This document shows, in pieces, positions 39,801-51,900 of a stretch of DNA of 64,000 nt. The DNA comes from Amphiscolops sp. MND2022 (lineage: Eukaryota): assembly GCA_964187785.1 (NCBI GenBank), contig OZ076409.1, positions 1,116,001 to 1,180,000 on the forward strand, read 5' to 3'. A program made the position numbers and the translations under genes. How positions within the stretch are numbered: the first letter of the stretch is position 1; every line of letters begins with the position of its first letter. The notes under the pieces are model-generated. The model was not told the DNA's origin. It saw only the letters and a program-made list of their open reading frames with translations, and searched no databases.

Positions 39801-41080
39801 AAAATGCGCAGACTAATGAACGTTCAAGCTATTTTTTGCTAATTTTTTCCTCGAAAAAATGTTTGCCAGTTCGAAACTATTTTCTGTTGACACAAATCCG
39901 TTGGGTTTTCCGCTTCGATTCTGTTTTCAAAAACGCCCAGGGCACACGAAATGCCGGAGCTCAAGTAGTTCTGCGGCGCCTTGTTATTGAATAGGTAGAA
40001 ATGAATCCATTTCTGCCGGTTACATTACATTTCGTCCAATACACTTTCAACCTATGCAATTTCAACCGCTCACAATTTCAACCTGTTGCATTTTCAACCG
40101 TCCGCCATTTCGACCTAAACTAATTTTGGCTTTTAGTCTTTTAGTTGAGCTATTTTTTAGTACGATCATTACTAATGAATCAAACAGCCTCAATTAATGG
40201 TAACTATTCATGAAGAAGCCAAAACGTATCAAAACTAGCGTAAGAATTCGCACAGTTGAATTTATAAATGTATGAAAGTTGGAACCACCAAAATAATTGT
40301 TAACTAATTAGGATTCATTAGCCAAAATTAGTTTAGATCGAAATGGCGGACAGTTGAAAATGCAATAGGTTGAAATTGCAGTGCATAGGATGAAATGTCC
40401 TGACACCATTTCTGCCATCCAACATTCACCCCAAGTGAAAACAAGACGCCCGCTAAGCACCGGGATACTTTCCGCCTTCTTAGTTGACTATTTTAGAAGA
40501 TTCTTCTCCAAATTCTTCTATTTTAGTTACCAGTGACTAAATGCGTCACTATGAGGAGTTTACTAGAATGAGCATATGCAGGGATGAGATTTTGAGCATA
40601 CGTCATTCTGGAGCGAGTATGCGTCAACAATAGTCAAGTAACTACAAAAATAGTCAAGTAACTAAAAATAGTCAAGTAACTATAAAAATAGTCAAGTAGT
40701 TTATGGAGATCGTGGAGATTTGGCAGAATTTGTAAAACCAAACGCAACATAGATTATGATTTTCCTGCTCCATTATATGTGGGCGGAAAATAGTACTATA
40801 GTCTTTCCATATACATGTATAAAGCAGCACAGCACTGGGCTAGGTGTTGGTTGTAGTGGATGGGGTCGGAGAAGTGCTTGGGACTCTTCTCTCCAGGGTA
40901 GTTGCGGGAGGCGTTCTTCATGCGGATGCTGCCCTGCATGGTGTAGACTATGACCACGTAGAGCAGCATGCCGGCCGCGATGAGGTTGACGCAGTTGACT
41001 GCCGCGTCTATCAGGTGGTTCCTCAGCATCTTGCTGTGGTACGACGAGTCCAGTTTCAGAAGCCCGAACTTCCACGGCAT
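30888..41080 (-). CDS. Adhesion/secretin-class (family B2-like) 7TM GPCR
   Basis: Phase-consistent exons 41080(ATG; may extend to 41103 and an exon at ~41628-41700)-40836, 38539-38372, 37897-36672, 35731-35411, 34576-34401, 32851-32537, 31088-30888. Cys-rich HRM-like segment; TM1-ICL1 YGLFPKLRTERTPTKILLTLC; TM3 YLTLVTLTWCSIEAFNLY; TM4 GLGLPAAIV; TM7 QGLYVFVVYC...RKQW. Confidence 0.85.
32875..33379. mobile_element. piggyBac-like MITE
   Basis: TTAA TSD at 32871-32874 and 33380-33383; imperfect TIR CCTTAAATTGGCCA / TGGTCAAGTTAAGG. Confidence 0.7.
40018..40407. mobile_element. Mutator-like MITE with TTTCAACC subterminal repeats
   Basis: GGT...ACC termini, inverted arms, 9-bp TSD ATTTCTGCC at 40009-40017 and 40408-40416. 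Confidence 0.8.
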
Positions 41081-41121
41081 CCTTCCGGTACCTCTCTTTA
41101 CTACTGTGCTGATGTTGTCTT

Positions 41122-41593
41122 CAGAGTTGGAACCAGAGGGTCATGATTTTCTACCCGAAGCCCGGTCCGAGACGGTTTCAAAAATCCTAACACGACCCGA
41201 TATTTTTGAACATTTTTAATACCCGTCGAAACTGCCCGAAAACGAATTTGGTACCCGAAAGTAAATTGTAAATGACGATCAGGTATAAGCATCATGAGAA
41301 TTCAAAAATCCCAGTTTTTACAACAGAATTCAAAAATTCAACATCAGACAGTTTTTGGCAGACATCTGGACTCTACGAGTTGTGCGAATAAGACCAGCTT
41401 GACTAAAATTTCGTTCACTTTGAGCAAATAAAAGGAATCAACGGCAGAATTTATATAGAACAGTTTAATGTATAAATTTTCGATTGATATTCCGAATTGT
41501 TATACCCGGCCCGAAAAAAATTAAGCTCGAAAAAGCCCGGCTATAAGCCCGCCCGGCAGGCAACATTTAATGACGTGCTTGGTTCCAACTCTG
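41122..41593. mobile_element. hAT-like MITE
   Basis: Perfect 14-bp TIR CAGAGTTGGAACCA / TGGTTCCAACTCTG; 8-bp TSD GTTGTCTT at 41114-41121 and 41594-41601. Confidence 0.9.
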
Positions 41594-44500
41594 GTTGTCT
41601 TCAAACACCCATCCACTCACAAACTACCTGCTGCCCAAACTACGGCCCCAACGAAGCCAAGCAAGGCAAAGGTAGACACCACTCAGGAAGCATGGCCTCT
41701 ATAAACACAAGTTGCACGAAAAATGTTCGCATATCAAATGGAAAAATTTGGTCACTTGCAAGCCACAAGAAATACTGATATATTGACGTCTAAAACAGGT
41801 TTAAGACTCAAAAATGCATAGATTCTTATAAATGCTTATAGGTTTTCGAAGTAAAATATCACAAAAATAAAAGTATGTAAAATACCCAAAGGGAGCCTTT
41901 CGTGCTCGGCAAACATCTGTTACAAAAAGCGCCGACTAAAAAGATACTGAAGTTTGACACACTAAATCGAAGCACGCTCTTTCTGACAAAAAATAGGACA
42001 ATTCGAATACAAGATATTTTAAAAATAGGATACGTAATCAATTCGGTTATAGCGCATTTTTATTCGAAATAGTCGTGATATCGGAAAACGGGGAGGGGCT
42101 CAAATGGTCAGAAACAATCTGGAAATAAGTCCGAAAGAAGAACCATCCAGGCTGAAACAAATTCAAAAAAGTCAAAGTCTGAAAAGGGTATTCTAAATTG
42201 GAAACATATAAGAGCCGAAGAGGAGACCCTCCGTGAATTGTTTTAGAAAAATTTACACAATACCGAAAAACCTAAGGGAGGGATACCTTGCGAACATGAA
42301 AAAAAATTAGCACTACGCAGGATTCGAATCCACAAACACCTGCCTTCCAGCGCCCGTCATCAATCCCAGAAACAAGCACAAACCGCTAGGCCAAGAGGAA
42401 AGTACTCTCTTGCCATACCGAAATGTATTTAGTAGTTTGGCCAAAACTGGGAAAAACTAGCCGGTAACAGCAAGTCGGCCCCCGTTCAACGTTCAAAACA
42501 ATGAAGTGTTATAACTATGCAAAGGGACACTATTGTGAAAATTTTTCATCAAAATTACGGTGCCAAAAAGACCCGTATGCATACCCAAAAGATAGGAAAA
42601 AAGCTTTTTTCCCTAGCTCGAAACATCAAAAAGCCCAATTTTCGAGAAAAAGTCTCATAGTGCCGAAAAACCCAAAAGGAGGCCCATTTAATTTACAAAA
42701 CGAAAACTTCTTAAAGAGTGAAGGGGGGAGAAAATCCCTCGACCAAATGAAATTCTTTTGAAAAATCGCACAGTGCCAAAAATCCGAAGGTCTTTTCCCC
42801 ACTCATAGAGACAACTCTCATCAGAGACCACCCTTAACAGAAAACATTAAAAAAAAAGTATGCAAAATTCATTGATAAGTAGCATAGTGCCTAAAACCCT
42901 TAAGAGACCCTCTATGCTGTCAAAACGCTATTTCTGCTAAAAATCGAAAGGAAGCTTCGTTTTGAAAATTAGAAAAGTCGCATAGTGCCAAAAAACCTTT
43001 GCAAGCATAAAAAATTTGGTCTGGCGGAACTCGAAACAACGAACTCCTGTTCATCCGGCGTGGAAATCCGCGTTAGTCTCTAGACCAGAAGACGGGGGAG
43101 TATATTAGCTAGTTACAACAATAAACTTGGGAAATTTGTCAGTTCGCTAGTCTTGAACAAGCCGGGATCGGCGGCATATCTAAGGCTCAAAAATCCAAAC
43201 GTCTTATAGTACTGAAACCCTGACCCCTAAGCATTACTTTGGAAGCAAATTATGTGACATTTTGGGACAAAAATTGATATTATACGAGAAATGAAAAAAC
43301 GTTATATCCGAACTTTAAAAGCGTTATATCCGAACTTTGAAAACGTTAGATTCGAACTTTCAAAATGTTACATGCGAACATTTAAAACGTTACATCTGAA
43401 CTCTGAAACGTTATATCCGAACTAGAATCCATGTTGACGTCTCGACATTGCCGAAAAAACGGAAAGGGGACCCTTTGGACACAAAAAGTGGCTTATGGTT
43501 ACAAAAAACATCAAAAAGGGGACACTTTGGTAACATTTGAAAATTTTCGAAAAAAGTCTCACGGAGCCGAAAATTCTGTAAGGGAGTACCCTTTGGTCCA
43601 GTTAAATTTCTTAGATGATGTAAAAAAAACGTTGTAAACTTTTGTGCAATTATTTATAAATTTGCTTGCTGAAATTCATGAATCATGAAAATTGTAAAAA
43701 GTGGACCATTCAGAGTGAGATTGTCAGCTGAAAAAGAAAAACTACCAACTGTAATAGTCGGGCTTTTTTCCTTAAGGGAAAAGGCGCCGACTAAAAACCA
43801 CTACACTAGTCGGGTTTTCTATAAAAGTGCCGACTAATAATGAAAAATTGCCACGAGGACTTAGATTTTTCGTCCCCTGAATAATGTTTGATTTTTCGAA
43901 AGCGTTCCCTTTGGAGTAGTTTCAATTTTCGAAATATATGCAGGCGGTGAGTTAAAAAGTTTTTACTTCTGCGTTGTTTGGTACATTGAAATGGGACTGA
44001 GCAAATTGAAGGAGATCTACGACAATTTGCACCTTGAGCAGGCAATTTCTGTCTCTTCCGCATTAGTGAAATGTAGCGTTTCAATCAAAAGCTTTTTCCT
44101 TGGAAAGATCACAAAAATATATAATTCGAACAAAAGAATAAATAAAAGGAAAATTGCAGTGATTTTAAATAATTTATTTCAAAATTACAAAACGTAACAC
44201 TAAAATAATTTATCTCAAACGAAATTTGAATACTCTATAGCTTTAACAATCTAAATAGATTCAACTAAATAATTTCAACAATAACTCAAATGGGGTTTTC
44301 GAAAAAGTATTAAACTGCACTGAGAAAAACAAAGTAAACAAAAAATGACCAGTGTAGTTTTTTATGTATTCAGTTTTGCGTGAAAACAGCCAACTAAGTC
44401 AATTTGAAAGATAGGTCAACTAAAAATATGAGGTAGCACAACAAATATTAAGACTTTGAATGAAACTACTGATCTCTACCAGTGTATTGTACACGATATA

Positions 44501-45982
44501 CGAAAAATTATACGAAATGCACAATTTGTTATACGAATTACATGTTATACGAAGGTGCCGCCATTATTATACGAGTTATACGGAGAATCGTTTTTCAGCC
44601 AATTTGCGTCGATTTCACCATAACTAAAAGACGTTTCAGGAAATTATGAACTTTTGGTGATGAATTTCAAATGAAATGCATCCTAAAATGGTAATAGGCT
44701 ATACGGTATTCGGAGAGGGGGGTATTGCAATCCCCTTTGTTGAAGCAATTAACACTTTCTGACAGAAAAATGATCCAAAATTGTGCTCCATGCCTTTATA
44801 CGACATAAGATGGGCCAATTATACGAATATACGATATACGAAACCTTGGATAATAGAATTACACGTTATAAGAGGAACTCAGTATACGACAATACACCGA
44901 TTAGGACTTCGAATGAAACTGACTTCTACTGAACAATAGAAAAACTAAGAGCTCGAAGGGCCGGCCCCAAATAGCTGCAGAATAAATAGTCTCAGAAAGA
45001 AATGGAAAGATATTTTCAACTTTCAAGCCAAGACAGTTTTTCTCGAGTTTGGAAAAAGCACATCTCGAAGACCACCATTTGGCAAATTCTGTTGGCTAAT
45101 CCAGTTAACGGGACACTATAGTATCATCTGTAAGAGTGAAATAGAAGTCGTTTTTGCTGTTAAGTATAAAGAGAGGTCTCTAAACAGGGTTGCAATGCCT
45201 AAAACACCTGAATGTACAAAACACCATTTCCATCTGTTTAAAATGTCCCATGAACAATAAATACAACAAACACCCTTAATAATTCGGCTTCAATTTTGAA
45301 TTCGGCTCATCTCCGAAAAATACGACAGAGGCTGCTGCTAAAATCTTTTCAAATTTCAGACACAATGTGGAATCTGTTGCAAGAGCTAGGACCCTTGTGT
45401 CTCTCACTTGTGGCTCAAAGATCAACAGCACTTAAGTGGAAATGGTCAGCACTTAGCGGTCATTTCAAAATCATCTCTGAGACCATGTTGAAGCGGCAAA
45501 ACTTGAAAAACTGATCTGAATGGAGATTTCTGCACTGTTTTTGATCGCTTCAAACGTGTGTTCTATTGATGTGTTTAAATCACGACATTTAACCAGAGCC
45601 GCATGTGCGGCAAAGGACTCGGAAACGGATTAAAAGATTGAAAAACAAATCACCTACTTTATTGTCATTTGCTCATTTTTCGAATAATTCTGCCTATATT
45701 TCTAAGATGCCAGTCATACGATTTTGATGCCATTGCGCACACAGGAGCACCTTTGGGTGTAGAATGACTGTGCTAAATTTTATAAAAATCGAATGAACAG
45801 TTTTTGAGAAGCTCTGGGAGAAACTTTTGGGAGAAAAAGGTACAGTTGCATAGGTAGTCGAACATTTTCCCGACTCCTAAAAAAAACACTTTTTGCAACC
45901 CTGAGTAGCAACTTCCAGAGACCTGTCCTGAGACGGGTTCCAAACTCGGATAGACCAACAATGGGGGGGGGGTTAGCACCTG

Positions 45983-48900
45983 TCATGATTTACTGCAGGA
46001 ACCCACGTGACGCGAGTGTTCGGCCTCATTCAAGCTCTTCCGACCGCAACTGGGGCACACGAAGCGTCTGTGGGTGGCGTGCAGGTGCTGCCAGAGGGAC
46101 CTTCGGCTGATGAAGTGCTCTGTGCAGAATCTGCAGCGAAACGCGAACCCTTCCAACGACTTCTTCTCGCAGTTCCTACACAAGTACCGTCCCGTCCCCG
46201 TCCAGCTAAACTAGTTCTTAGTCGACGAACTATCTACGTGCACCAACTGTCATGGTGCTGCTTTTTGTCTTTTTTAGTCGGCGCCTTTTCCCTTAAGGAA
46301 AAAAGTCCGACTATTACAGTGGATAGTTTTTTATTCTTCAGTTCACTCTGAATGGTTCACTTTTTTGTTCATTTGTTCAACTTTTTAGCCGAGATATTTT
46401 AGTTCGGATATAACGTTTTCAAAGTTAAAGTTCGGATGTAACGGTTTCAAAGTTCGGATATAACGTTTTCATTTTTTGCCCCAAAATTTCACAAAATATG
46501 TTGAGCCTTAGATATAGCGCCGACTTTAGACGTTCCCGTCTTAATTTTCAATCCGGTCGAATTGACCAAAATAGTTCTATCTACCGTCCAAGTTCCACAG
46601 AGGGCCGAAAGGTACAAACGTACCTTTTTGGTTTCTCGCTTTATTTTGATTGAAAAGATCTGAGACCAAAGGGTCCGCTTTGGGGTTTTCAGCACTGCAA
46701 CGTTGATCTATCTAGAAGTTTTTCAAATTCTCAAAAGAGCCACATTAGGTTTCTTCGATATTTTCATTGAGAAAGCCATTCTGAACATTTGGCGGCGCTG
46801 AGAATGAGAATTTCAAGAAAAAACCATCTGAGCATATTCAAGGCTTTTTATTTGCGTCATAGGTGGTATTGAATAATTTTAAAATACCTCCTAACCGACT
46901 ACAACTTGGAGCTGTGATTCAAGTTTACAGCATTCAGTACTTCAGATCTGAATCATGCTTTTTGGAAGCATTTTTTCTGAACTATTAGCAGCAAAGATTA
47001 AACAAGCCGGCGCCACGCTAGAAGCTCAAAAAGAGCAGTCTTCCGAACATGCTGAAGGATAACAATCGAGAGACTCTCGCCAACTTCAAAGTAGCGAAAG
47101 ATACCCGAAAGATTCGAAATACACCTTTCCCTAATTCAAAATATTTCAAAAAAAGCTTAAGAAATTCTTAGAGAAGTTTTTTTCGACAAAAGTAGCCCAG
47201 TGTCAAAAACCATAAATGGGGACCATTTGGTCTCCCCTCTACCTTTGTAAACGTAGAAAAACTGTTCAGATCAACGTGGCGAGACAACAAAGGAGAGAGC
47301 TTTAGATTTATAGAATCTGCCAGTTCGCTCGTCTTCAAAACGTCATTACTATAAATTGTGTTTTCTAACGTGAGCGCCGACTGTTTTTCAAGCGAACAAA
47401 CATTTAGGGAATTTTTAGCTTTTCAATTTTCCAAGAAAGTTCAGATGCTACAAACCTTATGTTTGCGTCGTTGACTTTTTGAAAGAGCTCCACCTTTTGA
47501 GTATAAAATTCGAGTATGGTAAATATTTAACAGAAAGACGCAGCTGATATATTCATTTACTGCTATACCACTTCATTTAAAAAAGGGCCCTGCGAGGCAC
47601 AGTATTATTTCTGCTTTTAAGCTTTCATGTTCAATAATCGAAGCATAGTTTAAGCATTAGTCATTTATATAGCGCACAATTAATCACTCTACAAGTTTAC
47701 ACCGCCTTTAATTCTTCTCGGAGTCAAGAAAACAAAACTATTAAGCGTAGACGAACTTCTCAAAATGACGCCAGCGTATGAATGCATAATTCACACTCGC
47801 TCGTTCCATCGCACGAGAAACGAATTTTTGTCGGCAGCTCGAGAAATTTAAATCTCACGCTTATACTCACTGTGGAACCAAACATCTGAATTTTTCAGTA
47901 GATACTCGATATCACGACAAGAATTGTTCTGAAAAAACTTGAATTCTTGAGATTTCAAAAATACTCCTGCTATCGCAAAAGTAATAACTAAAATTCAGAG
48001 CTAAGATTTTCTTCCGAAATGCGCCGCTTAAGCGTTTGCGCGGGCGTCATAAGCGCAACAAGCGATAAGCGCGTTTTTTGGTAAAACATAATTCACTTCA
48101 CATCGTTCTTATCAAAAATAGGCCCCTCCGGGGCTCAGTACTATTTCTGCTTTAATTTTTTTTTGAAACAAAAAAAATCATTGATAAAAGAATCATATCT
48201 GGAATACCAATACACTCTTGTTTAATCATTATTTAGCGCACAATTACATGTAATCACTGTACAAGTTTACACCGCCTTTAATTCTTCTCGGAGTCAAGAA
48301 AACAAAACTATTAAGCGTAGACGAACTTCTCAAAATGACGCCAGCGTATGAATGCATAATTCACACTCGCTCGTTCCATCGCACGAGAAACGAATTTTTG
48401 TCGGCAGCTCGAGAAATTTAAATCTCACGCTTATACTCACTGTCGAACCAAACATCTGAATTTTTCAGTAGGTACTCGAAATAACGACAAAAATTGAACT
48501 GAAAAAAGTTGAATAATTCAGATTTGAATATTATTCCTGCTATCGCAGAAATAATAAAAACATGGGAAAAATGACAAAGTACATGTACATTCGAATTGGC
48601 CTAAATCTATCGACTTTGTTTAACGCGGTCATCATATTAAACTGGACAGACGGAAGACGGTACCTGCAGCCCATCTTGACGTGCTGTCCTACTGACACCG
48701 AGTATCGGTTCTCGTCCTCGCTGACCAGTGACGTCAGAGCGAAAGAGTTGGTTTTATTCAAGTCTTCTGGCGTGTACTCTTGCACCGGGGATGGACTCCT
48801 TCTCTGTATAAGACAGCCTTTGTTTCTGCTCCCACTTTCCACTTTTTTCCCTGCCCTGTCCTTACTTTTCACTCCCATGCTTCTGCTTTTCTTTGCATTT

Positions 48901-51900
48901 GAATTGCACTTCGGAGTAGTTTTTGCTGCTGCAGCAGCTTTTGAGCGGCGGAATGTTTTTTGCCCCGGGCGTCTCTCACTTTGGACCCTTTTTCGCGTCT
49001 TCGAGATAAAACCATGGGAGTCAACTTGGACATTGGGAGATTCAGATTTACAGGCATCGTTATAATCCATCTCCACGACATTGACAAAAGAGCGCGTTAC
49101 CGGCTGACCGGTTGCCGAGGAACTCACACTGGAAACAGAAATGATTTTGGGAATCGAACAGCGTGGTTGGTCTGGGTTTGCCGCAACTGGAGATGACGAA
49201 ACGTGACCTTCCTCTGATGCGTTTTCGACAGAGCCGAGGTGAGAGCACGCAGTAATATCACCATTACTACTACTACTTTTACTGTCATCGTCATCATCAG
49301 GGCAACTTCTCAAAGGCAAAGTTGTGATGCGCTGAGTGACACTTTCCACGATGTACAATTCGGGGAACAATCCGTGACCGCTTTTGACGTTCTGCATATT
49401 CATCACAGCATTGCACGACTTGTCACCAGGAATGGGTATTTTGAACAAAGACTCCGTGGAACAGCTAGAAACATGCACGCAGTAAGTATACTGGCCAGGT
49501 TGTAAAAGAACCACGAAAAGGTAACTTTGATCGGCATTTCTTGCATCATCACGGGCACGCCTCACATACCTTCCTATTTCAAAGGAGTATGACGTCATAA
49601 CACCCTCGCGAAATACTTCAAAAACGGCTTTCATGCTTTTGACGGGGTCCAAAGACCACGCGTCCACCTTGGCAGCAGAGCTGACAAAAGAGCCTTCCGA
49701 AGATTGATTAACTTTAGAGAGAGATTCGGTACATTTGGCAACTGCATTGGCGGATACTGCACTACTGTTGTGGCTACTGTTTGGCAACGACACTTCGATG
49801 ATTTCATCTTCCTCGTCAGAGCTGCTATGGAGTTGTTCTCTCGACTCCAAGCAAGTGATGTTCACTTCATCGGCACTTGGACCTGTATCTGAATTCGGAT
49901 CCATGTCTTTCCCCGCCCCATCGACAACATTCGCAGGGGGACCTTTCCCGCCATAGCTTGAACATGCATCAGCCACAGAGTCTTGGATGTTGATGCTTGA
50001 AACCCGTTTAGGTGCTGATATGAAATCAAGACGATCCGCGAATGATATGGAAGAGCTGTCTTTGATCGCGGATTCCAAAACTGACAGGAAAGGGTTAGAT
50101 GAACTGTCTTTCGTTTGCTTTTCTACGTCGTCGACGAGATTAGATATTACATGGGAATCTGAATCTATTACGAAGCGACTTTGACACAAATTGCTTTGTT
50201 CCCGTGGTGAACATTCAAGGATGGCGACATCAGAATCGGTAGACTTGGTAGAATTCGAATCAGGTACTTCGCTTGGAGACCCTTGGTTTGTATTTATTTC
50301 AGTATTGGATATGTCCAGAACTGTCACATTCTGATTTAAATTGTCCTCATTCAGAGAAACTTCCATCTGAATAACTCCAGTTTTGACATCGCCTACTGCA
50401 AGTTTACTGTCTGTGTCTATTTCGAGCATTTCAGAGTCTGTAGATTGCGTTGACTTTTCAACAAACGAAGATTCCGACTCACTCCAAAAAATCTCACGAG
50501 TTTTACTGGAAGCAGTTTGTCTATTATCGCATACCACGTTCAATCCCTCTTCAAAAACAGCCGTTTCTGCTGAAATCTTGCATTCATCTTGTACGAAGTT
50601 CGCGCTGTTGAACGTACCCATATTTGTTTGAAATTGTCGCTTTTCTGAAAGAACTTCTTCACTCAAATCAAGGACCTCAATTTTAGATTCGTTGCTATTT
50701 TTCAGATCATTTTGTGACGCGCCGGTGGCTTCCTCGCCAAGTTTGTGCAACGTTAGCTCGTGAAGCGACGAAGCTTCTTCAAATTCGGTTTTGATGCTTG
50801 GCTGAGCGATCTCTTCATTCTCTGTCTGTGTAGCACAATGATCTGTTCTGGGCAGAACGAGATTGCAATCTACCAAAACTGACTTGTTCTTCATAGTCTT
50901 CAAACACCGTTCTTCAATCACGTGTCTCAGATGAAACAGTTCTGCCCTGACGTCAACCAGTTCAGAAGGATTTCGGGTCCAATTCGAAGCCAAGAAGTCA
51001 ATTATGTTCATCTCGTCAGTGGGGTATCGCTTGGCACATATACTGGGGAGTAGGATCTCATCTTTCGGGATAGGCCGGAAACAATTGAACATGGGTTTCA
51101 AAGCTAACGAAATAAATCATGCAACCAAGCTCGAGAAACATCAAGAGATGTTGCAAGTTGATTGCATGAGAATTAACAGTCAATTTATACAAAGAGCATG
51201 AGTGTTAAAAAAGGTACAGTCAAATCGGATCTCTAGGGATTCATGGTGATGAATATTATTGCTCTTTAGAAAGTGAAGGACTAATTTATAAAACAAAATA
51301 GCGAATCGCAAAATGAATAATTGTCTGTGAATAAGATATCGTAACTATGTTGCTCATAATGAAATTATTGAGAAATTGAGAGCCTTCCCTTTTCGACAAT
51401 TGTGCTCATAGAGGACGGGCTAGATCGAAGTAGACTGGCGTTTCAGAGATCTACAGTAGTGATTCTAGAAGAAGCAACATAGCACGCGGAAAAAAAGCAA
51501 ATAAACAAATATCATTGGCTGATCAAGGCCTCACGCGCTCATTTCATTGGTCGAGAGCGATTTCCAAAACATATTTTTTTAGTTTTCTGAATTTTTGACC
51601 CGCTTACAATTTTTTGATTTATAATTCAAATAACTTTGACAGAAAAATTCTCCCAAACATTCCGAATCTGACAATATAAATTTTTCTCGAGAATATTTTG
51701 AATGATGAAAACAAAAGATTTTACTTACATAAACGAGGGCAGCGTTGAAATCAACGAAAAAAACTTTCTTGATTAGAGATTTTGACAAACCGAAAACAAA
51801 AGTAATACGAGGACTTCAGCCTGTCCTCCTATAAGGCTATTTTTCGAAACAGGTTTTCTACGTTAGGATGAGCCCATGTCAATTTCTATAGTTTCAGACT

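Noticed and set aside
6021..48663. Clasps as TIRs of one introner/MITE family
   Set aside because: The stem sequences are unrelated to each other, are offset from the AG, sometimes include exon bases, and show no consistent TSD. An ancient multi-family origin cannot be excluded.
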